Shown here piece by piece: positions 38,413 to 47,344 of a stretch of 64,000 bases of DNA. Both the position numbers and the translations under genes were made by a program. The notes beneath the pieces are model-generated. The model was given only the letters and a program-made list of their open reading frames with translations, had not been told where the DNA came from and did no database searches. Position 1 is the first letter of the stretch; every line of letters begins with the position of its first letter. The DNA comes from Candidatus Latescibacterota bacterium (GTDB lineage: Bacteria > Latescibacterota > UBA2968 > UBA8231), in assembly GCA_965248265.1 (NCBI GenBank), contig CBDFJF010000002.1, positions 2,304,001 through 2,368,000 of the forward strand, written 5' to 3'.

Positions 38413-38426
38413 GGAGGGACGCTCCT

Positions 38427-40031
38427 TCAGGAGTAGTTGATGTGAATCTCTACGTTGTCGACGACGATCGGCACGCGGATTCGCGGATCGCGCTCGAGCA
38501 GGACCACTTCGATCTCGTGTTTTCCGCGCGCGGCCTGTTCAGCTCGCAGGGCCCAGACCAACCAGGTGTTCTCGGTGACGTCGCTGGGGTCGGTAGGATT
38601 GAGCGCGGCTGGCGACACCGCCTTCCTCGCGGTCAGCTCCTCGCCATCAAGGTTCACCTGCACACGATCCAACGGCGCCAGGTGGTTCAGATCGATCTGG
38701 AACTCGATACTGGCCAGCGAATCGGCATCGGCCGCGGCGACGACGTCGTCATAGACGCTGACGCTGAGGGTCGGACCAATCCCAGTGATTGTTCTGTGCA
38801 ACTCGACCGGCACCTCACCCAGGAGCCGGTCATCGCGCTCTGCCCCATAGCGGATCTCGGACTTGTCGCGGATATGGCGTTTGACGGAGGCGTACACCTT
38901 GCTGCACCTCTCCAGAGTAGCTGGTGAACCCAGGGTCTCCAGCAGCGGCCTTAGCGCCATGGCCTGGCGCTGCCAGTTGAAGAGGTGAACCCCCGAGGCG
39001 CCCCGGGCGTAGTAGCCTTGAGCCAATCCTCGGAACCACCCTTCCCGCCACCGCGGTGCCGGAACGAGATGGTCGCTGCCGAACTCACCGTGGCTGTCGT
39101 ACCCGGGATACAACTGCACGTTCGTACCCTCCATCATCGCCACGTACTCCTCGACCTCGACGCCGGGGTCATTGCCCGAGTTAGCATTGGTGGCGACGAT
39201 GTCGCAGAGCCCCTCCGATATCCAAGTCTCCACGTCGTAGCCGATGCGCCGGTTGGTCTCGCGGGAGGCGCCGACCCGTACTGCCAGATAGAAGGGTCGG
39301 CCGCGTTTGTCGGCGTACTCGTCGGTTACGGTGCGGACGGCGCGCATGAAGTCGGTAAGCGTGTAGCGCAGGCGATAGGCGTCGTGCTCGGGCAAATGGA
39401 ACGCGTGCCGCTGCCAGTCGATCTCGATGCCGTCCCAGTCGGCCTGAGCGCAGGCCTCGCGGATGCGAATCAGGGAGTGCTCCCGCACTTCCGGGATCGC
39501 CATGTTCCACGATGTGACCGCCCACCGTGGCGCATTGCCGATGCCGAGCACCCATTCGGGATGGTCCTTGCGAAACTGAGTCAGGTGCGGTCTGGTCGTC
39601 TGTGCCATCTCCTCCGGAGCGAGGGGAAACGCCTTGCGTGCCTTGTCGGACCAAAAATGGTTGTCGTTCATGCGTATGGAGACGAAGACATCCATCCCGA
39701 GCTCGTGGCCGCGTCGCACCATCCTGCCGTAAAGATCGTCGCCGCGTTCGAACATGGCGCGAACACCTTCAGAGCGACGCATTCCCTTGACCGACGAGTA
39801 CCAGCGCCCCTCGGCGTCGCCGTCCATCGACAACTGCTCGGACGGCCAGCGCGCCTCGTCGGTGCCCACACACCAGAACATGGCGCCCACCTGGGTCGCC
39901 TCGAGCGGACCATAGACTTTGCCGAGCAAGTCGTCGACCTGCTGCGGGTACTCCGACAGCCCGTGGAAAGTGCCGTCGTGGTTGAAGATGATTCCGTAGT
40001 CTGGAGGAGCTGGGCGTGACGAGGCATCCAT
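38427..40031 (-). CDS. GHL10/DUF187-like protein, type A paralog 3
   Basis: FNHDG, SIRMNDNHF, WNMAIPEVR and DGIEIDWQRH; tandem with paralog 2. Confidence 0.75.
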   Translation of the reverse strand: MDASSRPAPPDYGIIFNHDGTFHGLSEYPQQVDDLLGKVYGPLEATQVGAMFWCVGTDEARWPSEQLSMDGDAEGRWYSSVKGMRRSEGVRAMFERGDDLYGRMVRRGHELGMDVFVSIRMNDNHFWSDKARKAFPLAPEEMAQTTRPHLTQFRKDHPEWVLGIGNAPRWAVTSWNMAIPEVREHSLIRIREACAQADWDGIEIDWQRHAFHLPEHDAYRLRYTLTDFMRAVRTVTDEYADKRGRPFYLAVRVGASRETNRRIGYDVETWISEGLCDIVATNANSGNDPGVEVEEYVAMMEGTNVQLYPGYDSHGEFGSDHLVPAPRWREGWFRGLAQGYYARGASGVHLFNWQRQAMALRPLLETLGSPATLERCSKVYASVKRHIRDKSEIRYGAERDDRLLGEVPVELHRTITGIGPTLSVSVYDDVVAAADADSLASIEFQIDLNHLAPLDRVQVNLDGEELTARKAVSPAALNPTDPSDVTENTWLVWALRAEQAARGKHEIEVVLLERDPRIRVPIVVDNVEIHINYS

Positions 40032-40117
40032 GGCGTTGTTGTCCTTCCTATCGGGCTGCTGGGTGACACGCATGATATGGTCTATTTGGGGACCGAGGGC
40101 AACGGACCGCCGACTGA

Positions 40118-40146
40118 TTGACAACCCTTGCGGTCAGGTGTATGGT
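40118..40146 (+). promoter_or_regulatory. Sigma70-like promoter of the enolase-family gene
   Basis: TTGACA-17 bp-TATGGT, 17 bp upstream of the ATG. Confidence 0.6.
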
Positions 40147-40163
40147 GGCCGTGGGAGAGCGCT

Positions 40164-41423
40164 ATGAAAATAACGGACATCGAAACTATTCCCATATACC
40201 CCACGCTGGCGAAGCGGTATGACAATCCGGCGGGCCGCTCGCGTATGGGCGGTATCGACAGCCGCATGGTGTTCAAGGTTCACACCGATGTCGGCATTAT
40301 CGGCTATGGTGACTTCGACTGGCCGGGTCCGCCCCCGCCCAAGTCGACGTTCGAGCACCTGATCGATCGCAGTCCGTTCGACTTCATGGTGAATGGTTTC
40401 AACCTCGGCATCGGCTCGGCGCTGTACGACGCCATGGGTAAGTACCTCGAGGTGCCGGTGTACAAGCTGCTCGGCCAGAAGGTGCGCGACGCGATGACAG
40501 TCGCCGCCTGGACGAGGCCCTGCTCCGCCGACGTGTTCGCCCAGGAGGTCCAGCGCTCGGCAGACGAGGGCTACAAGGTCTTCAAAATGCACACGAACCC
40601 CGCGTACGACCCGCTCCAGCAGGCGGCGGCCGCGGAGGTTCTCGACCTGCCGGATGGATTCCAGATTCACTTTGATTTCAACGGCGGTGGGCGCACGGTG
40701 GCCGCGGTGAAGTCACTTGTAGCCAGGATCGAACGAGACCATCCGATCGTAGGCTATATCGAAGACCCGCTGCCAAAATACGACATCGATGGGTGGCGAG
40801 AGCTCCGCAGCCATACCAGCCTCACAGTCGTTCACCACTGCGGCTTTCCCGCGCTGGGCGGGTACCAGGAAGTCGCAAACGGTATGGCCGACGCATACAT
40901 GATGGGTAACTCATTAGCGGATATTATGAATCGGGGCAGGATCGCGGCGGGGGCCAACGCCCAGGTTATTCTCCAGCTGACCGGCGGCACACTGATGAAG
41001 GCGATGACGCTACACCTCGCCGCCGTCCTCCCTACAGCCAGCGGTCACTCGATCAACCTCGACGACCAGTACGAAGAAGACATCACGGTGGAGCGGATCG
41101 CCGTGTCCGAGGGATTCTCCCGCGTACCAGAGGCGCCGGGACTCGGCATTGAGGTCGATGAGGGGATGATTGCGAAGGTCGCATCGAACACGCAGAACAT
41201 CGAGACCCGTCCCAGGGTCGTCGGTGTATTGAAGCTGCCGGGCGGCACGACGCTCCACACGCCACGCAACCCGAACCCGCGCATCATCACGGGCAAGGAG
41301 GAAGGCACGATTCGCGGCATCGACTTCCACCGTTGGGAGGACGACGGCTCGCCCGAATTCGAGGCCGCCTTTCAGAGGATGAAAGCGGAGTGGGAGGCGA
41401 AGGGCGTGACTGTGACGGACTAG
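40164..41423 (+). CDS. Mandelate racemase/muconate lactonizing enzyme family protein
   Basis: ALYDAMGK..VPVYKLLG, FKMH, DFN, IEDP and PGLGIEVD. Confidence 0.9.
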   Translation: MKITDIETIPIYPTLAKRYDNPAGRSRMGGIDSRMVFKVHTDVGIIGYGDFDWPGPPPPKSTFEHLIDRSPFDFMVNGFNLGIGSALYDAMGKYLEVPVYKLLGQKVRDAMTVAAWTRPCSADVFAQEVQRSADEGYKVFKMHTNPAYDPLQQAAAAEVLDLPDGFQIHFDFNGGGRTVAAVKSLVARIERDHPIVGYIEDPLPKYDIDGWRELRSHTSLTVVHHCGFPALGGYQEVANGMADAYMMGNSLADIMNRGRIAAGANAQVILQLTGGTLMKAMTLHLAAVLPTASGHSINLDDQYEEDITVERIAVSEGFSRVPEAPGLGIEVDEGMIAKVASNTQNIETRPRVVGVLKLPGGTTLHTPRNPNPRIITGKEEGTIRGIDFHRWEDDGSPEFEAAFQRMKAEWEAKGVTVTD

Positions 41424-42572
41424 TCACTCGCGCACGTGGATCTTCATTGCCTCGCGGTACCACTCCGCTCCGTGGACGTCCTTCTTGTAGTGCCAGCGCC
41501 CTCGTTGAGGGTACATCTCGATGGAGCGATCCTCGATGGGCAGTTTGACCGGAACACTACCCTTGCGGGCGGATTCCCGCAGCGCCACGGCGATCTCCAG
41601 CGAGTGACGCAGGTCGTCGCCGGTCGTCAACTCGGGCGGCTTGCCGGTATCCATCGCCTCCACCAGGGTATCGATGCTCAGCATCAGTATCTCACCCGGC
41701 TTGCGCCAGCCCTCCTCGTCGTACTCTTGCCCACCGGGCGGTCGGGGCGCGAATACGCCCTCGACCTGCGTCAGCTCCCAGCTCTTTTTGGGATCCACAC
41801 CGTCCGCCACTTTCCACATCTGGATCCCCAGGCCGGTATTGTTGGAGTTGAACATCAGACCGCGCGTGCCGACGACCTCTATTCCGCGGAACCCCGGACC
41901 GGTATAGGTGCTGAAACACTCGATCCCGTTTTTGAACTTGAGGTAACCACCGACCTTCCCATAACCCGGTTTGCCGTCACCAAAGTCGTCCTCCTGCGTT
42001 GCGTGCGGGTCACCTTCGACGAAGCCGATGACGAAATCGACCTCTGATTTGTTGGCGAACTTGCGGATCAGGTTGAGACCGTGGGTGCCGACCTGGCCAT
42101 TGGGATCGGTCAGGTTGATCCGCAGTACCTCGCCGATGGCGCCCTCGGCCGCGAGTCGGTAGGCCTTGGTGTAGTCGGGATGGCTGGACACGACCAGGCC
42201 GGCGGCGAAGGGAATCCCGCGCGAAGTGCACGCCTCCACCATGCGGTCGGCATCGACGAGGCTGCCGGCAAGGGGTTTCTCCGAGAACACGGCCTTGACG
42301 CCCGCTTCCGCCGATGTGATCACGGCGCCAGGGTTCGCCTTGACGGGCAGCACAGGTGCCGAGATGTCCAGATCCTCCTTGTCCAGCATCTCATGGTAGT
42401 CCGAGTAGCCACGAACCTCGAAGCGCTTGCAGAACAACTCCAGGTTCTCGGCGTCGTTGTCGGCCACCGCGACGAGTTCAGTGCGCGGATGCAGGTGATA
42501 AGCCCTGGCGTGGATGGTCCCCTGCCGCCCCCCGCCAATGACACCGACTCGATAGATGGGCTGGTCAGTCAT
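41424..42572 (-). CDS. Gfo/Idh/MocA family oxidoreductase (GxEWY-tail subfamily)
   Basis: GGGRQG and SEKP; AAGGAG RBS. Confidence 0.9.
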   Translation of the reverse strand: MTDQPIYRVGVIGGGRQGTIHARAYHLHPRTELVAVADNDAENLELFCKRFEVRGYSDYHEMLDKEDLDISAPVLPVKANPGAVITSAEAGVKAVFSEKPLAGSLVDADRMVEACTSRGIPFAAGLVVSSHPDYTKAYRLAAEGAIGEVLRINLTDPNGQVGTHGLNLIRKFANKSEVDFVIGFVEGDPHATQEDDFGDGKPGYGKVGGYLKFKNGIECFSTYTGPGFRGIEVVGTRGLMFNSNNTGLGIQMWKVADGVDPKKSWELTQVEGVFAPRPPGGQEYDEEGWRKPGEILMLSIDTLVEAMDTGKPPELTTGDDLRHSLEIAVALRESARKGSVPVKLPIEDRSIEMYPQRGRWHYKKDVHGAEWYREAMKIHVRE

Positions 42573-42680
42573 AGTCGCTCCTTGGTCACGACATTCGGTG
42601 ACGACTGCTCTTTCCGTGCGGCTCGCAACTACAAGGGAGAATTATCGATACTCTGTCAAGCCCGCCCGCCTCCATCTTGG

Positions 42681-45600
42681 CTACCTGATCAGCATCATCG
42701 ATGCACGGGCCTCTTCTGACCCGGCCGTCAGGCTGGCGAAGTAGACGCCGCTGGCTGCCGCATGCCGATCGTCGCTGCGACCATGCCACTGCACTGCGTA
42801 CTGTCCCGCGGCGAGTTGCTCGTCGACGAGAACGCGGACGACTTGCCCCACGGAGTTGTGGATGACCAGACGCACGGCGCCCTCGTCCGGCACCGAAAAT
42901 TCGAGCGTTGTGGTGGCGTTGAACGGATTGGGAAAATTCGACCCGAGCGCGAAGTGTATTGGCGTAGGGGCGTCTTCATACTCCACTGCAGTCAACGCTC
43001 TGCCTTCGATCAACTCCAGCCTCACGTTCGTGGCTACGTCGGCATAGGCGTCGACGACACCGCTGGGCCATCCTACGACGATGGAGTCGAGGTGTGCGTC
43101 GATGTTCAGGCCGAATTGAGCGATCAGGCTGGGGGCGGAAAACTCGCCGGCGGCCCGTATCGCCCTCATCTGCACCTCTCCCGACGAGGCATGCGTGGTG
43201 ACGCGCGCACCGATACCATCGGCGTTGCTCTCGACTCCTCGCAGCTTCACGCTCAACCAGGAGTGTTGACTGCCGCCGTTCTTGAATAGCTGATTCGCTG
43301 CGCCGTCGTTAATGACGTACACGTCGAGGTCTCCGTCACTGTCGTAGTCCCCGAGAACGAGCCCTCTGGAGGTGTCCCGGCGCGCCATACCGAAAGCCGC
43401 AGCCCGGTCGATGAACGTGCCATCTCCCTGATTTACGTAGGAGCGATTGGCGAATCCGACGTTGACGACGAATAAGTCGAGATCCCCGTCGTTGTCGTAG
43501 TCACCGAATGCTCCGGCGCTGCCGATGGCTTGATTTTCGACGCCGCTGCCACCGGCGACGTTGACGAAACGACCGCGCGCCAGATCGTTGCGCCAGAGCA
43601 GGCCCAGACCGTCGAAATTGACGACGAACACGTCGAGATCTCCGTCTTCCTCGAAGTCACCGACGCTCAGACCGGTGGCGCCACCTCGGTCGTCCAAGGT
43701 GGAGAACGCGTAGAATGCTCTGCCGACGTCCGAATAGATCAGATCGAAGCCGCCGAAGATGGCGGCGTAGAGATCCAGGTCACCGTCGTTGTCGTAGTCG
43801 GCGAACGCCGATGCCGATCCGCCCCCGATGGCGGGGTGGAAGATTCCCTTCTCCTCGGTCACATCCTCGAAACGGCCATCTCCCGTATTCCGGTACAGGG
43901 TACTGAGCTGGCCGCGTACGTGAGAGACGAACAGGTCGAGATGGCCATCGCGATCGTAGTCGCCCGCCGTGACTCCGTAACTGGCTTTCACCTCATCCAG
44001 GCCTGACGCAACCGAGATGTCCGAGAACGTGCCGTCGCCGTCATTGTGGAACAGATGGTTCTGCTCGCCCTCTCCGACGAATCCGCCGCGCGCCGCGAAC
44101 AGATCGAGGTACCCATCGCGATCGAAATCGGCGAATAAGACTCCCGTACCATTGCCGACATCCGCGATGCCGGCCATCTCGGTCACGACTTGGTATCCGC
44201 TCTCGTCATCGTTGCGGTAGAGGACATTCTCGGCATCGCCAGACTGACCGCCGTTGGCCAGGTAGAGATCGAGATCGCCATCGTTGTCGTAGTCAGCGAA
44301 CGCCCCGGCGAATCCCTGTCCCGGCTCGTCGACACCCATCTGCTGTGCGACTTCATCGAAGCGATGCATCAGCACGCTGCGGGCACGATGATCGTTGGCA
44401 GCGACGTCGTCATTCGCTTCCAGATCGAATTGGACTCGGTGACGGGCGCTGAGCGTCGGGTGCCAGGTTGAACCCGCTCCCAGACGGATCGTTTCACCGG
44501 CTGCGAGCTCTGGGACCTCCATCGATGTGTGCATGACCTGCTCGCCGTCAACGACGATCGTCACGTGCAGCAGCGCATCAGCGACCGGCACCTGGCCCAC
44601 GTTCGTGATCTCCACCTCAGTCCGCAATCCCGATCCCCAGGAGCTGGCCAGGTTGGGCTCGACGATGCGGGTGATCGCCAGATCACGCCGTGGTCTCGGT
44701 TCTTCAATCTTGAGAACCTGATCGGTCGGCAGGTTGGTGAGCACCTGTCGCGATCCGGATGGCCATTCGATGATGAGCTCGGAGATCTGGTCAGCTCCAC
44801 CCGTTCCCAGGTGCAACAGGTCCCCGTGCACGGTGGTGAGGGATGTCCCGATGGTGTAGTCCCGGGTCAGTTCGAGGCCCGCGTCATCAACGTGGGCGTG
44901 AAGGGTGCTCCCTACCGGGCTGTTGTGACCATCGCGGCCGGCGAGCTCGACATGGAGCCAGTGGCCGCTGCTGGCGGTATCGTTGCGCAGCAGGGCGTCG
45001 GCGACCGCGTTGCCGGCGGCAAACAGATCGACGTCGCCGTCGCGATCATAGTCGGCGATCGCCAAGCCTACTGGCCTTTCACCGGGGGCCGCCGCATCGG
45101 ACCCATAGGCACTGGCGGTGACGTCGCTGAACCTGTCGCCGTCGTTGCGCCAGACCGTCACTGTGGACTGATCCGAGACGACCAGGTCGAGATCGCCGTC
45201 GTTGTCGAGATCAGCCCACGCTCCGGCAACGCTCCTGATGGAACGGGACAACCCCATGGCGGGTGCGACATCGACGAAGAGCTTGCCGTCTCGATTTTCA
45301 TAGAGTTGATTGGACTGCGAGAGGTCGGACGGGGCGTTGAGAAGGTAGAGGTCGGAGTCGCCGTCGTTGTCGTAGTCGGCGATGATCGTGCCCACCGTTG
45401 TTGAAGGCTGCTGCAAGCCCGCCGCCTCAGTTAACTGCTGAAAGGTGCCGTCCGCCCGGTTGCGGTAGAGCAGGTTCTGCCCCGGCGTGTTGGCGACGTA
45501 GAGATCACGGGCGCCGTCTCCGTCGTAGTCCAAAGCAACGGCGCCGACGGTCTCCCCGCCGCCTTGCAGCGTGCTCGTGAATTCGGTTATGTCGGATGCG

Positions 45601-46121
45601 TGGTCCGTGAGAATCGCACTGAAGAGACGATTGCGAGTCAACAACCGGTGTGTCGTGAACAGATCGAGGTTGCCGTCGGCGTCGAAATCGCCGAAGAGGG
45701 CGCCCGTTGCCTGCGCCGCGTCGCGGATCCCGTTCGGCGTCGCCATCGGCACGTAGTGGCCGCCTTCGTTTTGGAAGAAGCGGTTGGGATCGTTGTGCTT
45801 CAAGAGGAAGATATCGAGATCGCCATCTGCCTCGAGGTCGATGAAGGTCGCGCCGAGCGACTCCTCACTGTCTTCGAGCGCATCGGGCTGCAGCGCGAAA
45901 CGGCCGTCCCCGAGGTTGCGGTAGAGCAACGTCGATTGCCCCCGGAGTCTGGTAACCAGCAGATCAGGCCAGCCGTCGCCGTCATAATCGGCGAACACGG
46001 CGCCGCGGGCATCGCCGGAATCGTCGACGCCAGCCAGTGCCGCCTGATTGGTGAAGGTAATGCTGTGACTGGGGGTAGTGCTCAGAGCGATGGCGAAACG
46101 CAGGCATGCGAATAGTCGCAT
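42681..46121 (-). CDS. Secreted CRTAC1-like protein: two FG-GAP+ASPIC/UnbV modules, a CARDB-like domain and a C-terminal FlgD/T9SS-like domain
   Basis: Leader peptide; DYDNDGDLD repeats; IEWPSG and VGWPSG; NFPNPFN...AASGVYF. Confidence 0.88.
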   Translation of the reverse strand: MRLFACLRFAIALSTTPSHSITFTNQAALAGVDDSGDARGAVFADYDGDGWPDLLVTRLRGQSTLLYRNLGDGRFALQPDALEDSEESLGATFIDLEADGDLDIFLLKHNDPNRFFQNEGGHYVPMATPNGIRDAAQATGALFGDFDADGNLDLFTTHRLLTRNRLFSAILTDHASDITEFTSTLQGGGETVGAVALDYDGDGARDLYVANTPGQNLLYRNRADGTFQQLTEAAGLQQPSTTVGTIIADYDNDGDSDLYLLNAPSDLSQSNQLYENRDGKLFVDVAPAMGLSRSIRSVAGAWADLDNDGDLDLVVSDQSTVTVWRNDGDRFSDVTASAYGSDAAAPGERPVGLAIADYDRDGDVDLFAAGNAVADALLRNDTASSGHWLHVELAGRDGHNSPVGSTLHAHVDDAGLELTRDYTIGTSLTTVHGDLLHLGTGGADQISELIIEWPSGSRQVLTNLPTDQVLKIEEPRPRRDLAITRIVEPNLASSWGSGLRTEVEITNVGQVPVADALLHVTIVVDGEQVMHTSMEVPELAAGETIRLGAGSTWHPTLSARHRVQFDLEANDDVAANDHRARSVLMHRFDEVAQQMGVDEPGQGFAGAFADYDNDGDLDLYLANGGQSGDAENVLYRNDDESGYQVVTEMAGIADVGNGTGVLFADFDRDGYLDLFAARGGFVGEGEQNHLFHNDGDGTFSDISVASGLDEVKASYGVTAGDYDRDGHLDLFVSHVRGQLSTLYRNTGDGRFEDVTEEKGIFHPAIGGGSASAFADYDNDGDLDLYAAIFGGFDLIYSDVGRAFYAFSTLDDRGGATGLSVGDFEEDGDLDVFVVNFDGLGLLWRNDLARGRFVNVAGGSGVENQAIGSAGAFGDYDNDGDLDLFVVNVGFANRSYVNQGDGTFIDRAAAFGMARRDTSRGLVLGDYDSDGDLDVYVINDGAANQLFKNGGSQHSWLSVKLRGVESNADGIGARVTTHASSGEVQMRAIRAAGEFSAPSLIAQFGLNIDAHLDSIVVGWPSGVVDAYADVATNVRLELIEGRALTAVEYEDAPTPIHFALGSNFPNPFNATTTLEFSVPDEGAVRLVIHNSVGQVVRVLVDEQLAAGQYAVQWHGRSDDRHAAASGVYFASLTAGSEEARASMMLIR

Positions 46122-46125
46122 GGGA

Positions 46126-47012
46126 TCAAGGAGCCGCCAGGCTCTCCGGTGACAACGAGCCCACGGCGAGGCGACCGATCTGTTCGATCACGGCCACGCC
46201 GGGTGGCTTCGCCTCGCGCGCCAACGTCAATACACAAACGACGAGCGGCCCGGTAGGCAGGAAGACTATGCCGACATCGGCCTGAACTCTGTTGCTGCCG
46301 CCGGTCTTGTGAGCGACGACGGTGCCCGGATCGGTGATGCGTCTTAACTTGCCGTTCTCCCGCGTGGCCTTGAGGATGTCCAGCATCCGCGACGAGGCCG
46401 TGGGCGAGATCAGCTGTCCGTAGAACAGTTGCTCCAGAATCCTTCCCTGATCGTGGGCGGAAGTGACGTCGTTCTCGAGCGAATCGGAATAGGCCAGGCT
46501 GTCGCGGTCGAACGTCTTCTCCAATGAGACTGACCCCAGGTTTCCTGAAGCCAGGTCTGTGACGCTGATTCCTCGCATGATGAGGCTCCACTCAGCAATG
46601 GTGAAGTTGGTCCGGGTGTCGTGGAAGCCAAGTGCCTCCATGGTGGCGTTGATGCGGGTCGGTGTCAGCAATCTGATGAGGAAGTCGGCAGCCGTGTTGT
46701 CGCTGACGTTCATCATCATTCTGCAGTAGTCCCACAGAGACAGTTCGGGTGCGTCCTCCATGAATCTCAGACTGTCCCAGCCCAAGGGTGGCGGTGGTTG
46801 CTTGAGCCGATAGCGATCGAGCAAGGAGAGTGAACCCTTCTCGGCGCGCATAAACCTACCATAGCTGCGACCTTGCACACGCTGGCCGTGGGGAACCGCT
46901 GGTCGGCTTCGTGCTCGTAGACGGCATGCGTCGCCAGGTCCTTTATATAGACGCCGATGCCGCCGTCGAAATCAGCGATCAGACTGTCGAGCTGGGTCCG
47001 CGGGAACGTCAT
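46126..47012 (-). pseudogene. Class A beta-lactamase-like serine hydrolase, frameshifted
   Basis: SVCK (SxxK) in one frame; SDN and HKTG in another; switch at ~46857. Confidence 0.85.
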
Positions 47013-47168
47013 TTCACAGGCCTTGATCAATCACGCTCGGGGTTCGATCATAAGGAGCGGCTGCGATCACAGACGGGAACCAGCCGGTATTATCGCGCAC
47101 GGTCTGTCCATTGTCGAGAACGGCAGCGTAAGGACGATGAAGAGAGTCGAGCAGGTCTCTATTTCCGG

Positions 47169-47294
47169 ATGGTGGAAATCACCACCTCCGTCATCGAGGA
47201 CCCGCCTGCCTGGGCCCTTCTGCAGCGCCGGCTCATCTACACCATCGAGGACGCTGTCGCGTTTTTCAACGGGAGGTACACTTACCCGGGGGGT
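47169..47294 (+). pseudogene. N-terminal stub of a hypothetical protein
   Basis: MVEITTSVIEDPPAWALLQRRLI...RYTYPGG, then the coding signal is lost. Confidence 0.4.
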
Positions 47295-47344
47295 GGCCAG
47301 TCCTTGCTGTTGAGGATGATCCCGGAACATCGAGGAAAACCTAC

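Noticed and set aside
42681-46121. Recurrent GTCGTAGTC/GCCGTCG motifs as a DNA repeat array or CRISPR
   Set aside because: They encode FG-GAP DYDxDGD repeats; spacing is irregular and no cas genes are present
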